DNA of 64,000 nt, from the NCBI GenBank assembly GCA_002633005.1, contig NMRA01000015.1:256054-320053 (forward strand). The letters are read 5' to 3'. The position numbers and the translations under genes are program-made. Of this stretch, positions 34,803 to 46,432 are shown piece by piece. The notes under the pieces are model-generated. The model was given only the letters and a program-made list of their open reading frames with translations, made no database searches and was not told the origin of the DNA. This stretch comes from Phoronis australis. Lineage: Eukaryota; Animalia; Phoronida. Position 1 is the first letter of the stretch; each line of letters opens with the position of its first letter.

Positions 34803-37801
34803 TGTCGTAATAGCCGAGAGTACCCGACCTCGGGAATCGAACCAGCGACCCCGATTAAACCAGCAAGGGTGCTAACCATTCAGCTAATAGGCAATTGCCC
34901 GTTAGCGAGTGGCTAACAGAGGCTCATATAAGATTCACTGGAAGCACGTCTCAAAACATTCCCCCACTTTCTTATGATCAAGCGTGCCACCTGGAAGGTG
35001 AACACAAGACTCTACTCCTGGAACATTACAGGATTTTACTCCTGGACTACGTCACAAGATTTTATTCTTGGATTTTTACCTCACCAGGATAGCCGCCTGA
35101 CAGATGAACCCCAAGATTGTCTTGCATTCGGGCAAATCACAATCAAGGTCCATATTCGGTGGCCACTTTTGGTGAAAAATGAAGGTTGTCAAATAACTGC
35201 AAAAGCTTGGTTATTTTAAAGTACCATCATTCGAGGTTTGTAATTTACAATATTTTTGCACAAGAACCACCAAATAAAATTTTATGGCCTGATGCATCAC
35301 AGTTGTACAAAAGGGTACGTACACTACAACTTGTGGTCACAGCCAACTTCTACCATGCAAAAATTCATAAGGTAGCTGTTAATTTAACAAGGTCTTGATC
35401 AAACTGAAGAAGTATCACATACTAAATTAAAAAAAGTTATTACTGTGTTGATCAAGTTGTTCTAGATGATGATACATAGCATATCTTAACATAGTATAAT
35501 GAGAACTTCCTCTCTTGCAATATGATTCTTACAAAAAGAAAATGACAAGTAACTACTTTTTAAAAAAATTTATTGGTGCTATTTGCTTAGTTTTCAATAC
35601 ATTCACCAGTTGGTTAAAATAGTTAAAGCAATGCTAGGCCCAGTGTTCCACTTGTAAACAGTAAAAAATGGTACTGCTTGGGGGGGGTACGTACACTACA
35701 CACAGTCAATCACCTTCAAATTTTGACTAAGTTACAAATGTATGGAATGGTCTCGAGTTTTGTGCAGCTTCTACTTGTTGGTTTGTTGCAAGTTGTCTTG
35801 AGAGATAGAGAACCTGCCTCTGCAACATCAGTTATCACATGACGTGTCTAAATTTAGGATGTTAAGTACTAGCCAAGTCCTGTGTGGCATTTTATTTCCC
35901 AAAAATTTAATAATGTCCATTGTTTTTTTGTCAGACTGGATTCATTTTGGAAATATCAGTATTGTTCATGACAGCAGTATGTAAACATACTTGTGGGCAA
36001 TACTTTATAGCATAGAGGTTGAAGGTATGTACACTACACAGGGGTACGTACACTACATTTCAATGATTTGTGAGGTTTATAAAAAATACTTAGAATCTAC
36101 TGAGAGTTAGTTCATTTACCAAATCTATTCAAAGAGAACAAATAAAAAGTACAGGATACATGTGTGTCAGTCATTCTTTGAAAACAGGCACATGTTAAAA
36201 TATAAGGGTACGTACACTACACAAATGCTAGTATTTCACTCAAAACAAATAATTTGTAATCAACACCCTTTTAACCTAGCATTTTTAATGGAGGAAACTG
36301 TCTGTGACAAAAAATGTTGCTTACTTACCATGTAATATTTTTGTTTCGTGGCATTTGTTCACATCGGGGTACGTACACTACACAGGGGTACGTACACTAC
36401 ATTTCAATGACATGTCAGGTTTGTAACTAAATACTAAAAATCTACTGAGAGTTAGTTGATTTACTAAATCAATTCAAAGAGAAAAAATAAAAAGCACAGC
36501 ATTCATGTGCACATCTGCCATTCTTTGAAAATAGGCACAAATTAAAATATAGGGGTACGTACACTACGCAAATGCTAATATTTCACTCAAAACAAATGTA
36601 ATTGTAATAAATACCCTTTTAACCTAACATTTTTGAGGAAGGAAACTGTCTATGACCAGTGATGCTCACTTACCAAGTGATATTTGAATTTCATGGCATT
36701 TGTAAACATGGGGGTACGTACAATACAAGGGGGGGGGGTATGTACACTACATCACTGTTTCTACATCACATGGTAACATAATGTTGTATGGCCATTTATT
36801 TTTCTTTGACGATAATAAGCACCAGGTTGTTATTTAAAAGGCAATAATTTCATTTGCAATGACCATTTGTGTTACTGAATTCCACATGGGGGTACGTACA
36901 CTACATTTTGTTAGTCATTTTGGCCCATTTTCAACATAGCAGAACCCAGTCAATATCCAGACTTTTGGTTTAATAGATATTGAATAATTTGCTGTGTTGC
37001 CTAGGCTAACATATTCTGCAGTTCTTTTTATGACAGAGTTTGAACTTTAGTTTTTAACCTTTTTTCAGTAGGTGAGGGCTAGAAACACAGAATTTACAAA
37101 TTTCGTAACGAGTGTCTGTTTTATGGTGAACCCTACCATTTCTCAATGATTAAGCACAACTTCATCTAAGTGATTCTAAAAGTGACTCAAGTTGTTCCCA
37201 GTCGTATCTAAGCAATTGCTTACTTGATAAAATAAATTTCTTTTCTTTTGTTGACAATTGAAAATTGTAATTTTTAAAATGGCCACTTGTAACGCTAAAA
37301 ATGCATGAAATTCACAGACAAAAACATGTATAAATTTCTCAAACATTGTCCGATTTTGATGATTTTTTTTAATTTGCACAACGGATGTCCAATTTTGATG
37401 ATTTTTTTTAATTTGCACAACGAAATAACTCTTTGCATACGAGATTCAGTTGGCATTTGGTAAGTGACCAAAAAAAAAATTATTTTAGACTGTAACACAG
37501 TCAACTCTCGAATATGGACCTTGATTGTAATTTAGCCGATTAAGGTACTCAACTGCTTGGTCTAGGCTCACCATCAAGCATGCTGTCTAAGGTCCAAGGG
37601 TCCGTGTAGTGCTTCATCAGTATATCACCCGTTTGCTGACTACGGCAATTGTCATAATAGCCGAGATTACCCGACCTCGGGAATCGAACCAGCGCCTCCA
37701 ATTTAACCGACGAGCGTGCCAACTATTCAGCTAATAGGCAATTGCCCGAGTGGCTAACACTGAAGCTCATACATGATTCACCGGAAGGACATTTCACAAC
37801 A
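34803..37801 (-). mobile_element. Miniature non-autonomous LTR retrotransposon (TRIM) with tRNA-like LTRs (Helenus-type), interrupted by a DNA transposon
   Basis: Two ~155-bp direct repeats (34803-34958, 37650-37801), each TGT...ACA. TTAC TSD at 34799-34802 and 37802-37805. PPT AAAGTGGGGGAA next to the 3' LTR. PBS TGCCGTAGTCAGCA 2 nt after the 5' LTR. A box TAGCTGAATGG and B box GGTTCGATTCC within the LTR. Confidence 0.85.
35138..37529. mobile_element. Non-autonomous TIR DNA transposon (possibly EnSpm/CMC-like) nested in the TRIM
   Basis: 20-bp perfect inverted repeat ACAATCAAGGTCCATATTCG (35139-35158 and 37509-37528), possible 2-bp AT TSD, about 11 copies of GGGTACGTACACTACA, and an internal ~345-bp tandem duplication (~36020-36710). 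Confidence 0.7.
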
Positions 37802-38158
37802 TTACATTAGTAATCAGCAATGCCTGGTTCTTCACTTCTAAACGACGTTATTTCACAAAACCATTGAAACTGACTATAAATTATGTAGTGAAAACCGGAA
37901 GTTCTGGGTCACTATGCTCGGAGGTGACAGCCTCATGTCATGTTGTGAGTTAGCCTATAAGGGGTCAGTTTGAGCTATTAGTAAGGTTCACTACAATTAA
38001 TACTCTATGTGAAGCCGAAAGGCACTTAAATAACATCCAATGGATGCATAAAAAAGAGCTTCCGATTTGCTTCAGGACCATCAGTGAAAAATTCGGATGT
38101 GTAGGACGTCAAAGGCTGTCAGCCATGAACGTCACAAAATAGCCTCCTTGCCCTTGCC

Positions 38159-38844
38159 GGCACTAGTCGGATATAATGGACCCTAACTTATTCCAAATAA
38201 ATCCACTAAATGTGGGTCTAAATGAATCGTTGCATTCCTCAGACATCTGGCTATCCGTACATATCCACCTTACAACCCTCAATTACTTCGTTCTATAACT
38301 ACGCTATTCCGAACTCGGTCCAGTTTAGCCACACGCATTGTAAAATCGGCAGCCATTTCAGGGAACTTACTATACCTAGCACCATCTATCGGCGATCTGC
38401 TACACCACGCGCTGTTCCTTTTTTATCAGTCAACGTCACTGGTCGATTTCGTCAATTATTAACGTCACCGTTATTAATCATCGTACGTCTGCTCTCGTCA
38501 TCACCTTCGTCGTCTCTCTCACGATCGTATCTGTCATCGTCATGTTATCTCGTCCATGTTGACTGATGAAAAAGGAACAGCTAGTGTTGTAGCAAATCGC
38601 CGATAGACGGCGCTAGATATAGTAGGTTCCCTGAAATGGCTGCCGATTTCATGATGCGCGTGGCTAAAGTGGACCAAGTTCGGAATGGCGTAGTTATAGA
38701 CTAGAATAATTGAGGGCTGTGAAAAGAATTTGTACAGATAGCCAGATGTCTGAGGAATGCAACGATACCAAAATCATTCATTTAGACCTACATTTAGTGG
38801 ATTTATTTGGAATAAGTTAGGGTCCATTATATCCGACTAGTGCC
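38159..38844. mobile_element. Mutator-like foldback MITE
   Basis: ~275-bp inverted arms beginning GGCACTAGTCGGATATAATGGACCCTAACTTATTCCAAATAAATCCACTAAATGT. Perfect 9-bp TSD GCCCTTGCC (38150-38158 and 38845-38853). Confidence 0.92.
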
Positions 38845-41240
38845 GCCCTTGCCTTAGTGATTTTTTTGGTGTTTTTTTACATGTCATCAAGTCACCACTC
38901 GAAGGCAATTTGATGTGATCAAATGAAAGGAGGTATTTCAAGATTTTTTCGATGCACATCTGAGAACAAAATTAGGAGCATACCAATTTCTAGTATCCAA
39001 ACGCTATTACACTACACTATCACTACACTAATTGTACTTGTCTACTATCAGTTAGTACAGTCTACAGACGTGAGCTGTGGCGATTGAGGAACAGATTAGG
39101 GCGAGTGGCGTTATCATTTAAGTGTATCTCACCTGTAAAACGACTTGACAGAAGTACTAGCATTTATGTGGCATTCATTTTCCACCACACATCAGCTAGC
39201 AAAAAGAATTTCGACTTATTTTTACGAATTTGACAATCTCAACGCCAACAAACGGTGTTTTTGAGGAAACAGATCCTTCAGTTTCGCAGCATACGAGTTT
39301 TAGGCAATTCCATTGGTTGATTATTGCGCAAAGCGCTACCGAGCGAGAGATGGGGAAAACAGTGCGTTTCACTCACTGACCTAGAGTTCACAGAAAATCC
39401 ACTTGCTTCACGATTGTGATCCTTCGGCGGGTTGTTTTTGGTCACTAGTTGACCGTCCATTCTATGCTAGGTTTATTGTTTTTGGTCACTAGTTAACCGC
39501 CCAATCCGTGCTAGAATATCATCCACTCTCGCAAAAGTCCTTCGTTCAGATGGTGAACGTCTCATTAGTAGCCCGCGGATCATTTTTTACAGTTTACTGT
39601 AGGCTACACGGTCTTCTGTGGGGTTTCCAGTCTATAATGCCAATAATGGTGAATATTCATGACTGTACAGTACAAAGAGTACACGTTTCCTACCATTTTT
39701 GCCATATTTTAACAATTTCAATAGTGTCGCTGTTTTGATTGCAGCTCTTAAAACTCTTTAAAAAACTGACTTAGAACTTTTTGCACACATAAACTTAAAC
39801 TGCGTATGGAATGCAATTTTTACCATTCAGTAGCTGATTCTGGGCACCAAAAAATGGGTAGAAATAATTGGAGTTGACAAACTTCTAGTGAACTGGAGCA
39901 CCAATACATTTGTTATAACATCGTTAGTAGGCCGTTAGTATATATCATCATTGTTTTCTTATAAAATCTGTTAAATGCTTGTGTATATAATAGGTACTGG
40001 GCCAAACTGTTTACCAATGTTTACACTGAGCTATATACTATAAGGCTTCCATACAAGCCTGAAACTTAACTTTAATGGACCAGATCACTAAGTTTCGTCA
40101 AAAGTCGTACTAATTTCAGAAATTTGGTCTTATTATGCTCCACAATAATAGTTGAAGTTCACGGACTCGAGCAAAAAATAGTGTCTCCAAGAACATACTT
40201 ACAACTGCCTTCCTGTCGCTAGAGAGTTACAAAGCAAATTTAGATAATTTAGGATGTGAGCCAATAATTACGACATTCCTAATTGCCCTCATGTGAAATG
40301 GGAACCCGCCGGATAAGACCAAATTTCAGACTTAGATCCTCATGAAACAGACCACAGGACACAACAATAATTGTGGAGCCTTTGACGTAATATTGCCCTC
40401 TTCAACGGGTAAGGGTATGCACTCTCCTATGAAAGGGCCATGAGGGGATACTTAATTCCTCCAAATTGTTATTTAAGGTTACTTAGATAAAAGAAATCCG
40501 GCTATGATGTGCAAAAATCAAGTCGGCTAATGTGGAAAGATAAACAGTATTGTATCCATCAGTCACCTGTGTTTGCCATGATTCAACTAGTAAAGAAATC
40601 AGTGGCCTTAAAGGAAACACATTAACAGTTTCTGTTGTAATACCCCTCCGGGTTATTTATCATGCAGAGTAAGCAGTTGGCTCGGAAACAAATTATTGTA
40701 GCTCAAGCAGTGTAAAAAAAATTATAATACCTCAAGCAGTGTTAAAAATGTTTACTATACAGCAACGTCTGCCAACTTGTAATTACCAGTCAGAAGACTG
40801 ATCAACAAAATGCAAAACAATTTTAAATATTTATTTTGTCAACATGAAGCAAAAGCTTTCAGACAGCACTGTTTTACATAGTTTGTGCTAATGACCAACA
40901 GCACAGACATCTAGTGATGACAGTAGACTATTATTGCCCAGTGCTCATCACCACAGTGCCTTCAACAGTTACTAAATTTCCCTCCTTTAGTGAAGTCACT
41001 CTGCTCAAATGTCTGAAGAATACTTATGCTCTTCATTGAAAATTGGGATTTTCAAACACCACCAGATTCCTAACATTACGGCGTTCTCCCGTTCAGTGAT
41101 TTTGAACAGACTTAGAGGGTTGTGAGTGACTGATAACATCTAGCTCCTTTGTTAACTGCCAAACACAGTCTTTTGTCTGGTTTGAAAACAGGCACGCCAA
41201 TTATCTACCAGGCATATTACAGACCAGGTGTGAACCTAAC

Positions 41241-41616
41241 TAAACCCAGAGCGAATTGGCACATTCGGAAAGAATAGATTGTCGTAACTTTGGTTGTAGT
41301 CGGACGATTTTGGCAATTCAAAAACTAAACACGATCAGCATTTCATGAGGAATTCAGTAACGCTATTGGTTTATGTTCAAATATGTATATAACTTAACTT
41401 TTATTTTTAACAGCACAACCCAGTTGGGTTTGATACGATCTTATTGGAGATTAGAGCAATTATCGAACAAAAGAGCGCTGGCCCTCCAACACAGCTAAAT
41501 GCCAGAATGGAGTTAATCAGTCGTGTAAGATATTGGCTGCAGGGGTCATCTTCGCAACTTGTTGTTGGGCTATAGAATCGAACAAGTTGAGATCAACGGG
41601 AAAACGCTGTAATGAC
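41241..41616. repeat. Dispersed repeat; inverted partner of 46060-46432
   Basis: The reverse complement aligns over ~375 bp, with long identical blocks such as GCCAGAATGGAGTTAATCAGTCGTGTAAGATATTGGCT. Confidence 0.88.
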
Positions 41617-42601
41617 ATACAAGCTCACTATTTCCAGTATTAACATTGACAAAGAAAAATTAATTACAATCAACAAGATTACATAGTTAACTCAATTTCC
41701 TGACTTTAAAAAACGGACAAAAAATAACAGGCAACAATGTCAGAGTAAACTAACTTGAAATTTCAAAAATTACACTCAACATTATTGCCAGTGCAGTGAC
41801 CGCATCAGTGACCAAACATTGCATGACACTTTCATCAAAAGAACATACAGATAATAGGTCCATGATAGCAGGTCTTCCATCTAGCATTTAACAGTTGCTG
41901 AATCAGTGCTCACATTTCTTACTTTTTCTCTTGTTCATTACGTAGCCATTCCAGACAGCAACATAAACTTTACAAGCTCATCCACTATTAGAATAACCAG
42001 GTAACCTATTACCTATTAAATTACCTGAAACCCAGCATAACTATTTTCATCCATGGATAGCCAGGTTGGGAAAGATATTATGTATGTTTACTGGGGGGGA
42101 GGAGGGGACAAAGACAAGGTGGATAGGGATCATTAACGATGTAAGGAAATCGATCAGTCTTATAGGATTAAGCAGACCAGCTGAACTGCTTATTTGATGG
42201 TTGGCAATTAAAGACGAGAGAATTAGGAGAGCCATGAGAGCACGAGAATGATTTCCAATTGATCCCGACTCAGACTTGGTGGACATTACCACATAGTAGT
42301 TCATAAATACAAGAGCAGAGAAATAACTTGCGCTGTAAGCCTCTCCTAATATTTGATCAGTTTAAATTCACTACTGCATTGTAACTTTTTGACACTGGCT
42401 ATTTCGAAAGTAAGCTAAGTTTGCAATGAGTGACTGCGTAACGTGGAAAATGTTATTTTGTCTCATTACTTTTGTCTTGATTATACTGAATGGAAGCAGC
42501 CTCCCTGTGTTTGGACCATGGTAATTGGACCCAGCTGGAGAGGTTGTGTTGTGTCGTCAACACTTAGCAGTTACAGGACTTGGCACCATCTAGGCCATCA
42601 G

Positions 42602-42666
42602 TCAGTCTGTGAGTTCAAGTCCATATTCATTGTATAAAGCAGCTGTTGTCACACACTTTTGTTCAG
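42602..42666 (-). CDS. SWI5: SWI5 homolog, last coding exon
   Basis: Poly-T CAG|(A)EQKCVTTAALYNEYGLELTD*. Matches the Swi5 C-terminal VTTxxLYxxxGLxxxD pattern. Confidence 0.85.
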
Positions 42667-43234
42667 CTGAAAAAAAAAAAACAAATGGAAAATGAAAGCT
42701 AAATGCCATATACAAATTTGTCATACATCACCACTTGTAGCTATCCTACGGTATGCAGCTTTGTAGGCAATGATCTCCAGCCATCCTTTAGCAACAGTAA
42801 GTTCTGAAAACATGTCATGTTACTTGCACCTACTTTCATGCACCATCCAGTCATGACATGAAAACTGTATATTAAGATTTTATCCTCGGGTTCATCCTTG
42901 GCCATCTCGTGTGTTGATAAGCTCAACGAAATAATTGCACGCAAACTAGACGATCAGTTCTTATACCTGTTATAAAAACTAAATTGTCCAATCATGCAGG
43001 CACTCAGACGAGATTTTTTGCTGTTGCATGCAGATTGAAATTTATGATGAATGTATGGAATTTTTCAGATACAACAGCTGCAGCCATACGCCACATAGGC
43101 ATTGCTTGACATCCACACAGAATGTTTGAATGTACCAATCGGAATGTCTAAATGTTTTTTTTTTTGTCAACAAATAACAATCCACTGTCATCCTCCTTTC
43201 CTACTGCTGCTTGCCACAAATATCTTCGTCACGC

Positions 43235-43308
43235 ACACACCCCCACACCCACCCACACACACACCCCCACACCCACCCACACACCCACCCACCCACACAC
43301 CCACACCA
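43235..43308. repeat. CA/CAC-rich simple repeat
   Basis: CACACCCCCACACCCACC-type low-complexity run. Confidence 0.85.
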
Positions 43309-43554
43309 CATCAATTTAAGCTGCATCTTGCCCTGCTTAGGTGGTTAAAAAACAAAAATTAAATTGGTCTCAATTTCTTTACCATGATAGGACCAAGAAT
43401 ACGTAAACCCTCACCACGTTTAGAAACCCATCAGAAAATTATTGACTTTCCTTAGCAGATCAGCTGTTGGTTTCGACTATTTGACTAAGAACTCAAAATA
43501 TATTTAAAGTGGCAGCTAAACATGGCCAACTGCAAGAGGTAAAATGACACACAC

Positions 43555-43649
43555 CTATTTTACCAAGTACTGTTTGAGCAACATCCTTTATCTCATTGTA
43601 CTCATGCAGTTTCTTGATGTGTTCTGCCAGTTCCTCTTGTTTGAATCCC
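43555..43649 (-). CDS. SWI5: SWI5 homolog, middle coding exon (Swi5/Sae3 domain core)
   Basis: TAG|g GFKQEELAEHIKKLHEYNEIKDVAQTVLGKI g|GT. Contains the Swi5 signature HIxxLHEYNxIKDxxQxxxGKxA. Confidence 0.9.
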
Positions 43650-45254
43650 CTATTGGAGAAATATAGCAATGCAGGTCATAACTTATACCAAATTTTAGAA
43701 CAGGTCAATATTGGCTGACCCAAATGCATGAATGATCAGTACCTTCAGTGTAACACACTATCAGTATAGTTTGGTAACAGCCTTTCGTTAACACAAACTT
43801 CATTGAAAACGAGACTAAACTAAGCGTGATACAGTTGCTCGTAGTGTCTCCTTTCTTCAGGTGTCGGCTATAACTGCCACATCTATTTTCAGGCTCTATT
43901 TACACAAAACATGGTGTCCGATATAAGGAACATCAAAATTGCCCATGTCAATCTTCAGAATCGGGGAAATTTCCACTTGAATTTTGGTCTACCAAATGTT
44001 AGAGACTGTCTCAAACTGGACATTTTTCACCATTTATTAAAATTACTGGAATTTACAGAAAGTGCATGGGAGTAACTTGGCAGTAGAATTCTAATTCTTA
44101 TGCAAAGAATTCAGCGTTATCTGTTTACAATTTTAACACAGACTATCTCAATCCAGAGGTGTATTGTCTTTGGAGCATCAAAAATATACAACGAGTTTCA
44201 GAGTGTCCAGAGCTCCACACTTAGCATATCGACACCTCACTACATGCAACCTGGCAAAACCCCAGGTCATCAAATGAGAAATGAGGTCCCCAAAACAAAG
44301 AAACCCCAAATAAGGAAGTGTGAAAGTTTTGACCCCTACAAATGAGACACGGTTGGCAGCAGCTAAAAATGAGAAAAGATGTCTGAACTGAAGAACCAGT
44401 AAACTGAGCACATCTGCTGGAAAACCCGACATCGCCCGAGACACTTAATTAATTGAATGAAAAATTAAGCTGGAATATCGTATACTTGGTACCAGCCGGT
44501 TACCTCTCTCGAGCCCAATATACTGCGCAGGCTGACCTCCTACCCATGGAAGAAGCCGACGATCATGACATATTATGGTGAATGAGCCACAAGGAAACCC
44601 TTCTAGTTTTTGCTGTCAAATCTGACTTCTGTTTTTCACTTCCTGTAGTAGCTCAGATGTGTGTGTAACGACTTGGGATTTTTACCAGGTCACCAAATAA
44701 AATCTGACGTTGCACAGGTAACGTGCATGTCGCCCAATCTTGCTCTGGTGTCTATCAAAACTGTAAGCAGACATCACTGTTGTATTTCACCAATTCTACC
44801 TGCCGACAGTGCACGCGCAACATATTTTATCATATCTAAATATGGCACGATTGCTATCAAAACAACATGTTCTATGATTATATTTTTTCTGAAATTCTGA
44901 AGGAATTACATCACATCTGCAAGAACCCTACCCATTCAGGTGGGCTAAACATAGTGACATGAATTTTCGACAATTTCACCCTTAAACACTCAACTTCTGA
45001 TGTCAGTTTTGGCTAAATGCTCAGCCTTGTAATCAATAATTTTCAAGAGTATGTACATCGTCATTCCGTGGCAATTGCCTAAGCTAATGCACTTACCAAG
45101 TTACGGATCCAAGTGGCTAATGAATCAAAAGTACTTTATCATATTTGCACATATTTCAGCTCATGCAACTATGTAACTAGTTGCTCATATATTTGGAATT
45201 AGTGCATGCTCCACTTGTTAAACACCTAAGTAAAACCAGGAAAAGTTTCAAAAT

Positions 45255-45356
45255 AGAATGTCACTCAATCTTGACTTATCCATGATAGAATGTCACTCAA
45301 TCTTGACTTATCCATGATAGAATGACACTCAATCCTGACTTATCCATGATAGAATG
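45255..45356. repeat. Tandem repeat, ~31-bp unit ATAGAATGTCACTCAATCTTGACTTATCCATG, about 3 copies
   Basis: Directly visible. Confidence 0.85.
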
Positions 45357-45713
45357 GGAGACACTGATGTGAATTAACACTAACAACGTAATAAGTGAAA
45401 AGCAACAAGAATGAACAGAAAAGAAGAGAAAAATACATACCCTTTTCAGACACACGTAAAGAGGGGACAGACATAAACGTATGGGGGACAAACATACACA
45501 TATAGAGGGGACAGACATAAACGTATAGAGGGGATGCTGAGGTGCACCAGCCAGGTTAAAAAATATTTTTCTTCAAAAAAGTATCATTTCGCACATAGGC
45601 CTAAATACTATAGATATACACACAATAGTAATTCACCACCCACTATGTGGTAATCCAACAATAACATAAAATAGTGTCTGTGGGGCAGCAATAGAAAACC
45701 ATTTTAACCATAC

Positions 45714-45799
45714 TCTTTCTGAAGAGACTGTATCATTGCATCAAGTTGGTCGTTTTCTTTGCGTAGGTTTTGCAACTCCACATCATCTGAAGAATCCAT
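45714..45799 (-). CDS. SWI5: SWI5 homolog, first coding exon
   Basis: TGCAG|GATAGAAA ATG: MDSSDDVELQNLRKENDQLDAMIQSLQKE (coiled coil), donor GA|GTATGG. An in-frame TAG lies just before the ATG. The phase joins the next exon to give an 81-aa protein. Confidence 0.8.
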
Positions 45800-46059
45800 T
45801 TTCTATCCTGCAATAAAATCATTGAAAATATGTATATGTATGTATATGTTACTGCTGCATGGTCTAAGTTAACATAAACCTCTGGCCAGACACACAACAC
45901 AATTTTTTCATTAAAAATGCCTCAATTCTGTTACACCTACAATTCATGAAGACTGGATAACGCCGTTCCTTTGAAAATGCCTACGACATGTCTCAAGTGC
46001 GCTGTCCACGCACAAACTTACTCTAGAACAAGTTACTCTTAGAATGAATCGTCACTAAG

Positions 46060-46432
46060 CATTACAACATCTTCTCGTTGATCCCAACTTGTTCGATTCT
46101 ATAGCCCAACAAGCTGGAAAGATGACCCCTGTAGCCAATATCTTACACGACTGATTAACTCCATTCTGGCATTTACAGTTCGAAGGCCAGCTCTCGTTTG
46201 TTCAATAATTGCTCTAATCTCCAAAAAGATCGTATCAAGCCTGACCGGGCTGTGCTGTTAAAAATAAAAGTTAAGTTATAACATATTTAAACACAAACCA
46301 AAAAAGCATTTCTGAATTTCTTGTCAAATGATGATCATGTTTAGTTTTTGAATCGCCAAGTTGATTGGCCTAACTACAACCGAAGTTATGACAATCTATT
46401 CTTTCCAAATGTACCACTTGGGTATGGGTTTG
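46060..46432. repeat. Dispersed repeat; inverted partner of 41241-41616
   Basis: Reverse complement of 41241-41616 over ~375 bp. Confidence 0.88.

Noticed and set aside
34825-34892. Functional tRNA gene
   Set aside because: A and B boxes are present, but there is no convincing acceptor/anticodon cloverleaf. The sequence is part of a duplicated LTR.
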